DNA of 64,000 nt from positions 7,727-71,726 of the IMG/VR virus record IMGVR_UViG_3300028048_000130, one strand, 5' to 3'. Shown piece after piece: positions 31,701-39,677 of the stretch (its first letter is position 1; the number at the start of each line of letters is the position of its first letter). The stretch comes from a virus. Its lineage: Duplodnaviria > Caudoviricetes. The translations under genes were made by a program, and so were the position numbers. The notes under the pieces were generated by a model. The model searched no databases and had not been told where the DNA came from. It saw nothing but the letters and a program-made list of their open reading frames with translations.

Positions 31701-34086
31701 TGACTATCTACCCGTAAGTCAGAAGCTTAAGGAAATATTTAATGAAGCAGGCGATATTATTAAAGATGCTTCAACTTCTTTAAATGGTATCCATGCTCTA
31801 ACTACTCAATCAGGTTCAATACTAGCAAATTTCGCAGAATCGGTCGTAAGTGGTATAACTCCAAAAACATACAATCAAGCAACCAAGCCATCAAACTTTA
31901 AACCTGGGGATATTTGGATAGATAGCACTACTGGCAACAGATATATTGCAATGTCCTACTCAGAAGCCTCTGACAATAATGGTGGCTGGAATAGAACGTA
32001 TGATGGCTCATTGGCTTCTATTACTGGCGCAGGTATTGATATAGATGCGGCTGCAGGTACTATTGATTTAAAAGCAGGAAGTAAAATATCGTTAAAGGCC
32101 AAATCACAGATTGATTTAGCTAGCGGTGATATTGTCATTACTGGTAACAACAGCGTAAATATTGGTAGTAAGTGGATCAATATTGGTAGCACTGGTGGTA
32201 TTAATATTGTTACTACTCCAATTACCTTTGATAGTGCAACTGATGCAGATGGCAAAATTACTGGCGCCACATCCAGCATTTTAATGGACAAAAATGGAAT
32301 TCGAATGAATTCTTCTGACATTACTATGGCTGCAAGTGATGGCATTACGATGTATGCCTCAGATGATGAGAATACAACTGCGGTAAAAATTAACAGAACT
32401 GATGGCATCTATCTCGGCACGAATAGTGATAAAGGCATTACTATTTATTCTGGTAATGTCGCAGATGGCGGTGCCGCGGTAGAAATTAATAGAAAGAAAA
32501 TATTATTTGGAGTATCGAATTCTGCGGCAGATACAACAGCTGTTGAAATGACGGATGGGTATGTTATTTTGGCCGCAGGTAACACAATCGGTACCTTAAG
32601 AACATATGATCCTACTATTAATAACGCGGTTAGTGGCGTAAAAATTACTAAAGACTTAATTGGTTTTGCCACTGGCACAGGCGTAGATCGTCGTGCAATT
32701 ATTATGAATGCCGATGACGGAATTGTAGTATCAAGCGGCGCGTTGTCAGACCCGAGTATACATAGCGGCAGTTATGTTGCAATTGCCCCTACTGGCATAG
32801 ATTTGGGGTCATCTGGTAATTTATATCTTAATACGCCGAACATACAATTACAGACAGTTGACGCTACTGGCACTAAAGAAATGAGCACTATGTTCGCGCT
32901 TGGTACCAATCTAAATAATAATGCACGAAATCCTGCACTTGTATTCGATGGCTCTGATCTATACGTTACTGGTACTGTTCGCGCGAGTGCAGGAGTATTA
33001 GGAGGATCGACAGATAATTCTGCAACTGCATGGAAAATCACGGATGGTAGATTGTATTCCGGCGCTAGTCAAAGCTATGTCGCACTGGACTCTGGAGCAA
33101 GCGGTGTCACCAAGAATACCTATGCAATTTGGGCAGGCCACGAAACAGCTGCTAATGCGCCATTCTCATTAACTAGGGGCGGAAAATTAAAAGCCACAGA
33201 TGCGGAAATAACAGGTACTATTCGTGCGACAAATTTGTATATAGGTGGAGAACAAACAGCTATTGATGAATACATATCAGGAAAAATACCGGATGCAGAT
33301 AAAATTACTGGTGCTTATTTGACTGTAAATGCGACTACAGGTACAATTGCAATGGAAGCTGGTAAGTCATTATCTATTTCTGGTGGTAATGTATACATCA
33401 AGAATTCTGCAAATACTGGAAATGCAATTACTTTAGCTCCAGATGGAATTACTATTAATGGTTCTACAGTAACGATTAATTCTAATGGTAGTTTCTATGT
33501 AGATTCCGGGGCATTTGCTATAACACCTACTAGCGCTTCTATTAATGGGACGCTTTTCAATAATGGCAAGCCAGTCTTAACGACAGACTATATTATATAT
33601 AGCACCAATGAGCCTTCAACAGCCAATGCGAAAAAGGGCACGCTTTGGCTCAGGCCTTATAATGGTGGTAGCAGTAGCGGCGGTACCCCTACTCAGGTTA
33701 CTACTAAATCTGTGGATTATAGTTATTCATTCCCGAATGAAAGTTATTCATTGGGCAGCAATGGTAAAACAGTTAGTGTTTCGACATCTGGGGCAACAAC
33801 CGCAAGTGGACAAGGAAATTATACATATACGTGTACTGTTTCTGTGCGTGCTTGGAGTGGTTCATCTGGAACCACATCATTAACTATTTCAATAAATGGC
33901 GGAGTAATTAGCGATACAATGAATAATATACCTACGGTTTATGGAGCGTCAGGAACTTATACATTTACAATAAAATCTTCGACTTGGCTTGGCAATTCTA
34001 GTGTACTTTCAGTAAATATCAAGGCAGGCAGTGGGCACATATGTACAGTGAAAAATTCTGTTGTTAGTTTAACTATTAGTGGTTGA
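28714..34086 (+). CDS. Tal-like baseplate hub / tail spike-fibre fusion
   Basis: 1,790 aa after Dit; N-terminal hub-like region, coiled coils, KPGDIWID and KKGTLWLRP fibre-type motifs, long G/T/S/I-rich beta repeats. Confidence 0.62.
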   Translation: MEGIKRNYEVSVWTLQDDFIAVLKPSNSEYKGLVMSGEANLKDDGTQSFTFSIPMYIFDGAQRIVNPTWYTVKDGTVAEAMRKAKLILNKGTANERIFEFDILKVKERHTGDELYCDIECSGLAFEELGKIGYKISLSGDNFYEEDYQWFTRATDEEGNLLVPDQPHATIQYWNNKFLTEYPASGPIDRNVWYYRVEIDHRDEGSAIYKKINKIYEDEYVSSWNDDGQAQTVETYKEKERIIDIEESNIYNITQKIAETFGVFCRYDYIHDKDYHIIGRVVTYYNSFIKEQVGYLDITYPFNTNEIERERDSSNVTTKMFVRPVESSFSDSNLATIATSKANKSGEDYLLNFDYLYSIGTISKEQYDEIEVYENKLHLLNKELVTLSNELIDLQSKKPEVEANKEIAQNSIDLDKEAITASNALFNSITSDTGKVVIGSAAPDSVVLLQDSSANRDVETFYFKMPRQGIIPNTLKIYSTHSSTSANPLSGELTGRVILDEFGCASKVVDIVKGSSTRSIVYLTYEYSPYLYYEKVKKTWENKLAQDQTDLEVYTQELTDLETKISTKQATYNQKLQEKTELVKSFERMMGPALREGYWQPEDYEDYGDKHIASFTPSNADTEVTDDSDDLSAFFWDTELFDDEQDYKYKVGVALETRYYLAIDLSSCWNAIKDKLDKISFLFYDYVSSSTYPYAPKNIRSFAIGSNCILAFVKNGATPTPVLLVTGAKNLADSEITNMRNTARLGILTSTYNATAKRIDTTITDEILVNNSWFTLSENTPIIYPRIKVNSLLLKNTEDQLALKYDDILIKQYEDYYVLTRDDSYYITVKPDVFFRSGSYQKQLDIQYSISNADTSIYLDARKIHKENAYPKVSYEVKLAAVNPDFLYTDYDAIGYICNINDEDLKLRNVQGYISEVTLILDKIYEDSIVLKNYRNKFEDLFSTIVAQSEEMKKSAYAISVLTSAVTADGALTPNTMSDSLQNNLSIFNSYSAANFDDYLPVSQKLKEIFNEAGDIIKDASTSLNGIHALTTQSGSILANFAESVVSGITPKTYNQATKPSNFKPGDIWIDSTTGNRYIAMSYSEASDNNGGWNRTYDGSLASITGAGIDIDAAAGTIDLKAGSKISLKAKSQIDLASGDIVITGNNSVNIGSKWINIGSTGGINIVTTPITFDSATDADGKITGATSSILMDKNGIRMNSSDITMAASDGITMYASDDENTTAVKINRTDGIYLGTNSDKGITIYSGNVADGGAAVEINRKKILFGVSNSAADTTAVEMTDGYVILAAGNTIGTLRTYDPTINNAVSGVKITKDLIGFATGTGVDRRAIIMNADDGIVVSSGALSDPSIHSGSYVAIAPTGIDLGSSGNLYLNTPNIQLQTVDATGTKEMSTMFALGTNLNNNARNPALVFDGSDLYVTGTVRASAGVLGGSTDNSATAWKITDGRLYSGASQSYVALDSGASGVTKNTYAIWAGHETAANAPFSLTRGGKLKATDAEITGTIRATNLYIGGEQTAIDEYISGKIPDADKITGAYLTVNATTGTIAMEAGKSLSISGGNVYIKNSANTGNAITLAPDGITINGSTVTINSNGSFYVDSGAFAITPTSASINGTLFNNGKPVLTTDYIIYSTNEPSTANAKKGTLWLRPYNGGSSSGGTPTQVTTKSVDYSYSFPNESYSLGSNGKTVSVSTSGATTASGQGNYTYTCTVSVRAWSGSSGTTSLTISINGGVISDTMNNIPTVYGASGTYTFTIKSSTWLGNSSVLSVNIKAGSGHICTVKNSVVSLTISG

Positions 34087-34100
34087 TATTGGAGGAGAAA

Positions 34101-34961
34101 ATGGCAATTAAATATAAGACTATTACTAAGGCATTTGATAGGTCAAGTGATTATCGAGTAGCGCCAAATGATGTTGCAGACTTTAACATAGATACGATAA
34201 CCTTCCCATCCGATGCAATTGATATTACATATTTTACAGCCACTTTTAACGGAGCATTACGCTCTCCTACAGCCAGTTCACGTACAGTTAGTGTTCAGCT
34301 AGAAGGTTATTCTAATGGTCTTTGGCGAAGTTTTTATTCTACATCTATTGTAGTAGAAAGTCTAAATGAAGAAAAACAAATTACTATAAGTGGTACGTTA
34401 AGCGAAAATGCGCGAGAAGCATTTTTATCATATGGAATTGATGACTTCAGAGTAAAGAACATTAGTAGAGGCAATCATTTTGAGGCCTGCGAGTCAACTA
34501 ACTCAATTGTTTTTACTTATTCATATGATGTTCCAGAGCCAAGTTTACTACCACCTGGCGATCCAGTAATAACTCAAAATGGTGATTATTTTGATATAAG
34601 CTGGACACCAGCTACACTTGTTAATGCAAGTGGGACAATATGGTATAGGTTAATAGAAGGCCATGAAGATATACAAATTGCAGAAGAAACTACTAATACT
34701 CATGTCCAAATACCATTATTTTATCCAGCAGAAGTGGCATACGAAGGAGAAGGCGCGTGGTTTCTTATTGAAGCCGTTTATAAATTGTCTTCAGGTAATG
34801 AAATAACTGCCAGAAGCAGAAGAGTCACATGGGATCCACAACATGTACTCTATTATTATACAGGCACCAAATGGCAACAATGCGAATTATTTTATTTTGA
34901 TGGTACTGCTTTCCGTCCTTGCAGGATAAGCTATTTCAATGGAACTATGTGGGCTGGATAA
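34101..34961 (+). CDS. Putative receptor-binding / tail fibre accessory protein
   Basis: ATG 34101 behind GGAGGAG; beta-rich, FN3-like segment (FDISWTPA); C-terminal triple Y/F-x-x-G-T repeats. Confidence 0.5.
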   Translation: MAIKYKTITKAFDRSSDYRVAPNDVADFNIDTITFPSDAIDITYFTATFNGALRSPTASSRTVSVQLEGYSNGLWRSFYSTSIVVESLNEEKQITISGTLSENAREAFLSYGIDDFRVKNISRGNHFEACESTNSIVFTYSYDVPEPSLLPPGDPVITQNGDYFDISWTPATLVNASGTIWYRLIEGHEDIQIAEETTNTHVQIPLFYPAEVAYEGEGAWFLIEAVYKLSSGNEITARSRRVTWDPQHVLYYYTGTKWQQCELFYFDGTAFRPCRISYFNGTMWAG

Positions 34962-34966
34962 TAGAA

Positions 34967-34998
34967 AAGACCCGATCTCTTAATTGAGATCGGGTCTT
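34967..34998. terminator. Bidirectional rho-independent terminator between converging modules
   Basis: AAGACCCGATCTC-TTAATT-GAGATCGGGTCTT with A-run upstream and T-run downstream. Confidence 0.88.
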
Positions 34999-35004
34999 AT
35001 TTTT

Positions 35005-35364
35005 TTATCCTTCAATAAATGGTAACAGTGCGGTCATTTGCTCTGTTGTTAATTCAACATCTTCTAATTCATTAATATTTATTTTATTGCAATTTAGTTG
35101 AACCTGTTCGTTTAATAATTCATTATGTTCAGCACTAAAATCGGATAACTTTTCTTTTTCGACGGTATATTGTCCAGTAGATGTTAGTTCTCCATACTTC
35201 TCTAAAAGACCTTTTCTAACACTATTATAGCTATCAAGTTGATTTTGCAACTCTTTAAATAATAATGCTATTTTATAGGCTGTTCGCGCGCGAAAACTAC
35301 TATTATTTAAAGTACCAAATACTCTTGCATTATTTACAATATCTTTTAATTGAACTTCAATCAA
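35005..35364 (-). CDS. Hypothetical helical protein (weak resemblance to DUF1617)
   Basis: Likely TTG start at 35364 behind GGGGTG, overlapping ruvC stop; MIEVQLKDIVNN...LLPFIEG. Confidence 0.45.
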   Translation of the reverse strand: MIEVQLKDIVNNARVFGTLNNSSFRARTAYKIALLFKELQNQLDSYNSVRKGLLEKYGELTSTGQYTVEKEKLSDFSAEHNELLNEQVQLNCNKININELEDVELTTEQMTALLPFIEG

Positions 35365-36100
35365 TATCTTCACCCCATGATTGTTGCGTATTTTTAAGCA
35401 GTAGCGTAGCGTATCTTCCAATGCAAATTGCATCAGCCTCATCTTGCGTACAATCTTGCTTAAACCACATTTTTACTCGCGCCTGTGCCTGACGCTTTCT
35501 TTCATCTCTTTCTCCTGTTATGCCAAAATGGGATTGCCATTCGTTAGCATAAATTAAGCCACAGTCAATACTCATTTCGAAAGCGGTGTCTAATAGAACA
35601 CCTTGCAGTCTTGCGAGTGTATTATAAGTTTGTACTTGTGCTTGTGATTGTTTAGGGCCATAATACTGAAGCTGGATATTTTCCAAAGCAATATAATCTG
35701 GTTCAATCTTATCAATTAAAGCCATTAGCCATTTCTTAATTTCATTGATCCGTTCGGTTCTTTCTTTTTGGCTACTTGCTTTATAGGTTCCGAAATAGAC
35801 TAACTCATTATTGTCATAAATGGCATAACCCGTTATATTGGAGGCTGCATCGAGGGCGAGTAGCCTACGCGTGTTTTCTTCCTTCGCGGGTATTTTATTA
35901 TGCTTTATTTTGAAGGGGTCGCCAGCAAGGCATTCTTGACACTGTTTATACTTTCTCCATTTTGCAAAAGTTTGGAATTGCCGATGTCCTTCAGGGCATA
36001 TCATTTCTAATTCTGTATTTAAGTTTTTATAACTGGTACTAACGAGCTTCCAACCTTCGTTTTCTAGCTCGTTAGTTACTGTATAGATATTAATCGACAT
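35357..36100 (-). CDS. ruvC: RuvC-like Holliday junction resolvase with N-terminal Zn-finger-like domain
   Basis: LLALDAASNITGYA, IALENIQ and DEADAICIG acidic catalytic motifs; N-terminal CPEGH...CQEC. Confidence 0.8.
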   Translation of the reverse strand: MSINIYTVTNELENEGWKLVSTSYKNLNTELEMICPEGHRQFQTFAKWRKYKQCQECLAGDPFKIKHNKIPAKEENTRRLLALDAASNITGYAIYDNNELVYFGTYKASSQKERTERINEIKKWLMALIDKIEPDYIALENIQLQYYGPKQSQAQVQTYNTLARLQGVLLDTAFEMSIDCGLIYANEWQSHFGITGERDERKRQAQARVKMWFKQDCTQDEADAICIGRYATLLLKNTQQSWGEDID

Positions 36101-36912
36101 TATCTACCTGTAGACCCTAGACCACCAGAAGACCGTTCAGTATCATCCAAGTCATCAACTTGTTTTGCCGCAAATTGATAAACTGGCTCGATCCACATCT
36201 GCGCAATACGATCTCCTGCTTTAATTTCATAGTCAGAATCAGAATGATTATCATACAGTATAATTAACGGGCCGCGATACCCTTCATCAATTTGGGCCAC
36301 AGCATTACTTAGTCTCAGGCCCGTCTTGGCCCCGATACTTGAGCGTGCGGCGATACAGGCTTTCCAACCCTTAGGAAGTGCGATATGAACACCAGTATCG
36401 ATTTTATTGCTAAGGGAATGTGCTTTCAATGTCTGGTCTTCGCGCGCGTAAAGGTCTGCGCAAGCGTCATTTTCATGAGCGTAAGTCGGGAGCTTTGCGT
36501 TCTCGTCCAATTTAATTGGTAGCTCAATCTTTTTAGCCATCAAATAGCGATTTCGCGCGGTATCGTAAACATCAAGGATTTTCTGCCAGAGAACCCAAAT
36601 AAAATCCTTTTTTCTTCCGGTGATTTTGTTTTCGTCTATAATCGTATTAACGATGTCTACTAGCTCTTTCCGCCCTTGTTCAAGATCTTTATCTGCGTAA
36701 TGTTCTTCTTGGAAGAATTTAACAAGATCTTCACAGCTCTCATTCAGTTTATCAGGACCAAGTCCTTCTTCCAGTTCTCGTGAAAGATCTTCAAAAAGCT
36801 CATCAGAGTCAAAAGCATCATCATCAATTTCAATTAGCGCAGTGATGGCTTTAACGAATTCGTCAATATTAGCATCCAATGCTTTCTGCTTAAGTGTATC
36901 ATTATTACTCAT
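36100..36912 (-). CDS. dut: Trimeric dUTPase with ~130-aa acidic N-terminal extension
   Basis: Motifs ACADLYA, RSSIG, IDEGYRG, GDRIAQ and RSSGGLGSTG. Confidence 0.9.
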   Translation of the reverse strand: MSNNDTLKQKALDANIDEFVKAITALIEIDDDAFDSDELFEDLSRELEEGLGPDKLNESCEDLVKFFQEEHYADKDLEQGRKELVDIVNTIIDENKITGRKKDFIWVLWQKILDVYDTARNRYLMAKKIELPIKLDENAKLPTYAHENDACADLYAREDQTLKAHSLSNKIDTGVHIALPKGWKACIAARSSIGAKTGLRLSNAVAQIDEGYRGPLIILYDNHSDSDYEIKAGDRIAQMWIEPVYQFAAKQVDDLDDTERSSGGLGSTGR

Positions 36913-36920
36913 TTATTATC

Positions 36921-37127
36921 TCACTCCGCGAAAGTCGTTTCAACAGTAACGATAACCCAGCTATCAACAATTTCGCCCTTGCTCTTCTTTGTCTTCAGAA
37001 CGTAGCCAGATTTCGTGAGTTTATAATGCTCTTCAACCTGCTTATCGCGATACTGCTCAATGAGCTTGATTGCTTCGTCTTCACTATCAACCTTAAATAC
37101 GTCAGTTGTTTTCATTAGCTCTTTCAT
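36921..37127 (-). CDS. Hypothetical protein
   Basis: 68 aa, packed in operon, RBS GGAG. Confidence 0.55.
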   Translation of the reverse strand: MKELMKTTDVFKVDSEDEAIKLIEQYRDKQVEEHYKLTKSGYVLKTKKSKGEIVDSWVIVTVETTFAE

Positions 37128-37419
37128 TTTCTAATCTCCGTTTTTCATTTAATGCTTGTAGTTTTTGAATTAAGTTGATGTAGTATAATTTCTTCGTGTA
37201 CTCAGCCATCATGTTCACGGCTTCGCGGCCATTCTTTCCGGCCTTATGCTGGAGTTTTCGACGTTGCCGGCGATTGAGTCCGCCATTAGCTGGCTCATTC
37301 GCTTTAATCATTTCCATTGTCTTTGCTACATCATTCGTTTTCTCTATTATATCCTTAACTTGGTCTTCAGTCAAGTTATTATATTCCGCGGTATTTTTTA
37401 TTTGTTCATCAGTCATCAT
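37102..37419 (-). CDS. Hypothetical protein with NRRQRR motif
   Basis: 105 aa, overlaps neighbours as in an operon. Confidence 0.55.
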   Translation of the reverse strand: MMTDEQIKNTAEYNNLTEDQVKDIIEKTNDVAKTMEMIKANEPANGGLNRRQRRKLQHKAGKNGREAVNMMAEYTKKLYYINLIQKLQALNEKRRLENERANENN

Positions 37420-37825
37420 ATGCTGTCTCCGTAATATTGTCTAAGAAGTTAATAAAGCGGACAAGCTCTTCTAAGCTATTAAAGGTTTGAAAATATTGCG
37501 TTCCTTTTTCTCCTTTGATAGTAAATAGGCAGTCACTTTTGGGATCTATGAATACCGCAATTGGGTGCTTTAAGATATCTTGGGCACTATAGCTATTAGA
37601 AGACATTTCTACTGTTATATCTGGTTTTGTAATAGTGCATGTATAATAGCCGCCATGACTCTTCTTATAAGCAATACATAGATATTTCCCGTTACCAAAA
37701 ATTCTAGCTAATTTTGCAGGAGTCTCTTTTTCTTCAGACAAGACATCCGATGTATTCGACACCGGGTCAACTAATTCGGCATCATAAAACTGGTCATTTA
37801 TCTTTTCCTTAAGAATACTTGCCAT
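37409..37825 (-). CDS. Hypothetical protein
   Basis: 138 aa, operon-packed. Confidence 0.5.
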   Translation of the reverse strand: MASILKEKINDQFYDAELVDPVSNTSDVLSEEKETPAKLARIFGNGKYLCIAYKKSHGGYYTCTITKPDITVEMSSNSYSAQDILKHPIAVFIDPKSDCLFTIKGEKGTQYFQTFNSLEELVRFINFLDNITETAYDD

Positions 37826-38160
37826 TCAACAGGCTCTCCTTCACATGATGAGAATGCATTAATTTCTAGATCATTAAATAGATATTTAGGAGAAGCTATA
37901 GCAACATCGTTTCCTTCTTCTGAATGATAAAGATTGTCTAATGATACTAAGTAACTATCATATTTATTTGCTGTAAGAGCATGGTATCCATCTATATTTT
38001 CAATTACCCCAAGAACAAAACTTAATTCGTGTTCTCCACTAGGTTGATGATATTCTTCGTTACACTCTTTTACACCTTCAAAAATAATCATCTTTTCCTT
38101 TACGCCATTTATAACCGGTGTAATGTAAATATTAGGTACGTCTTTTCTTCCGTAAAACAA
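37798..38160 (-). CDS. Hypothetical protein
   Basis: 120 aa, TTG start, operon-packed. Confidence 0.5.
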   Translation of the reverse strand: MFYGRKDVPNIYITPVINGVKEKMIIFEGVKECNEEYHQPSGEHELSFVLGVIENIDGYHALTANKYDSYLVSLDNLYHSEEGNDVAIASPKYLFNDLEINAFSSCEGEPVEWQVFLRKR

Positions 38161-38162
38161 AA

Positions 38163-39146
38163 TTAGCCGCCTTCTTTCTTATTAAATCCCCATTCTTGGG
38201 TTTTGAAAAATTCAATATAATATTTTTCTAATTCAGATAACTTATCTTTATCACAATATGTAATAATTTCAATCATCCAGTTCCATATACCCGTTCTAAG
38301 AATCTCGTGATGTACTGCTTGATCAGCTATTGCGTGATTACCTACTACTGATTTGAAGTGATCAGAAATTCTCTTTTTCACATCGGTACTCTTTCCAACA
38401 TAGGCTTTTCCGCTATTTCTGTCTGTTAGCTTATAAATGCCAGGCTGCGCTTTAATCTCAATGCGTTTGAAAGTATCATCTAAATTTGGCTTAATATATT
38501 CTGACCAAATCAACTTGCTTAGAATATCTGGGTGATTTACCCGCAAGGAAACTTCATTTAGTAAGAAATCGATATCATCTCTGTACTCTTCTGGAATTTG
38601 GATAGTGTAAAATAACTTGTCTTGTTGTTCTTTTTCTAGTAGCTGTAAGGGCTCAATAACAGATTGGAATTTACTTCTCTGAAAGTCAATAGCATCGTTA
38701 ATCTTTTGAGTTTCTTCTTCTGCCTTAGCCTTCGCTTCGTCCAATGAGTCTTTTATTTTCGTTGACTCATCGCGGCATTGGCGTATTAGTTCATTATAAT
38801 TATTTTCTAATAATGCTTTTTTATTTTCATATTCACTATTAAGCTCTTTATCTATTTCTTCTTTTCTTCCATTTTTATATTGTAGGATATCATTATCTAT
38901 GCTATCGATACGTTCTTTGTAAGTGTCTTGCAAATCCAATAGCATATTAGACTGATCTTGGATAAGCTTTTGCTTCTTTTCTACAGTTTCTTGCAAGCTA
39001 TTATTGAGAACAGTTAATTGTCCAACGCTTAGTCTTAGGTAATCTTTCTGTTTGTTATTATCTTTCCACTTTCCAATAAAGAAAAATAAAGCTAAACCCA
39101 CAATTAAAGCTATGACTACGATTATTACTATGAGTACCATATACAC
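38163..39146 (-). CDS. Membrane-anchored coiled-coil GIY-YIG nuclease-domain protein
   Basis: N-terminal hydrophobic helix (residues ~3-25), ~180-aa coiled coil, C-terminal GIYKL...YVGKS..VKKRI..H...ELEKYYI...GFN. Confidence 0.78.
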   Translation of the reverse strand: MYMVLIVIIVVIALIVGLALFFFIGKWKDNNKQKDYLRLSVGQLTVLNNSLQETVEKKQKLIQDQSNMLLDLQDTYKERIDSIDNDILQYKNGRKEEIDKELNSEYENKKALLENNYNELIRQCRDESTKIKDSLDEAKAKAEEETQKINDAIDFQRSKFQSVIEPLQLLEKEQQDKLFYTIQIPEEYRDDIDFLLNEVSLRVNHPDILSKLIWSEYIKPNLDDTFKRIEIKAQPGIYKLTDRNSGKAYVGKSTDVKKRISDHFKSVVGNHAIADQAVHHEILRTGIWNWMIEIITYCDKDKLSELEKYYIEFFKTQEWGFNKKEGG

Positions 39147-39164
39147 CTTCCTCTCTTTTTCTTA

Positions 39165-39193
39165 ATTATAATATAAAACTTAAAAAAAGTCAA
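39165..39193 (-). promoter_or_regulatory. Sigma-A-type promoter for GIY-YIG...dut...ruvC operon
   Basis: TTGACT-17-TATAAT on the - strand. Confidence 0.85.
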
Positions 39194-39224
39194 AAAAATA
39201 AATGGCGAGCAAGTGCTCGCCATT
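39194..39224 (-). terminator. Terminator after nrdG
   Basis: AATGGCGAGC-ACTT-GCTCGCCATT then TATTTTTT on the - strand. Confidence 0.82.
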
Positions 39225-39677
39225 TTAATATTTTTTAAGGAATCTAGAAGTGATATCCATGAATTCTCCGTTTACTTGTTTATACATTCTTTGATTAGTA
39301 GTCGGTTTATCTAGACCGCCAAGAGTAGATTGATAAGAGCCTAACTTAATATAATCCCAAATTGACCAATCCATATCTCGCTTTTCGCGCCCCGTATATA
39401 AAGCAATTTTTAACTGATACTGTTTACATTTCGAAGCGCATCGTTGGAGCGCGGACTCATCGTTACCTTGCCCTAAGAAACAAACACAAGTGATTCGGCC
39501 GCGATATTGGTCTAGTATTTCCTCAAGATCTTTTTCTAAATCCTCTCCAATATCTTTTTGAAGCTGTGGACTATGACATTCTGGGCAATGTAATCCACAA
39601 TTTGATATTGAAAAACACAAACTAACTTCATCAGGAACTTCCGCAAAAGTAATTGCGTAATCAGTATATTTTATCAT
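39225..39677 (-). CDS. nrdG: Anaerobic ribonucleotide reductase activase (radical SAM)
   Basis: CGLHCPECHS CxxxCxxC motif, ITFAEVPDEVSL, NQRMY; follows nrdD. Confidence 0.9.
   Translation of the reverse strand: MIKYTDYAITFAEVPDEVSLCFSISNCGLHCPECHSPQLQKDIGEDLEKDLEEILDQYRGRITCVCFLGQGNDESALQRCASKCKQYQLKIALYTGREKRDMDWSIWDYIKLGSYQSTLGGLDKPTTNQRMYKQVNGEFMDITSRFLKKY

Noticed and set aside
16894-33883. Antisense and alternative-frame ORFs within TMP, Dit and Tal (e.g. 16894..17262, 31956..32408)
   Set aside because: Typical shadows of biased codon usage; no RBS or recognisable motifs.
28714-34961. Diversity-generating retroelement acting on tail fibre
   Set aside because: No reverse transcriptase and no adenine-mismatched TR/VR pair seen in the window.
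34961-39146. Lysis cassette after tail genes, or the TM protein as a holin
   Set aside because: No amidase/muramidase motif; the only TM protein has a nuclease domain and an early-type promoter.
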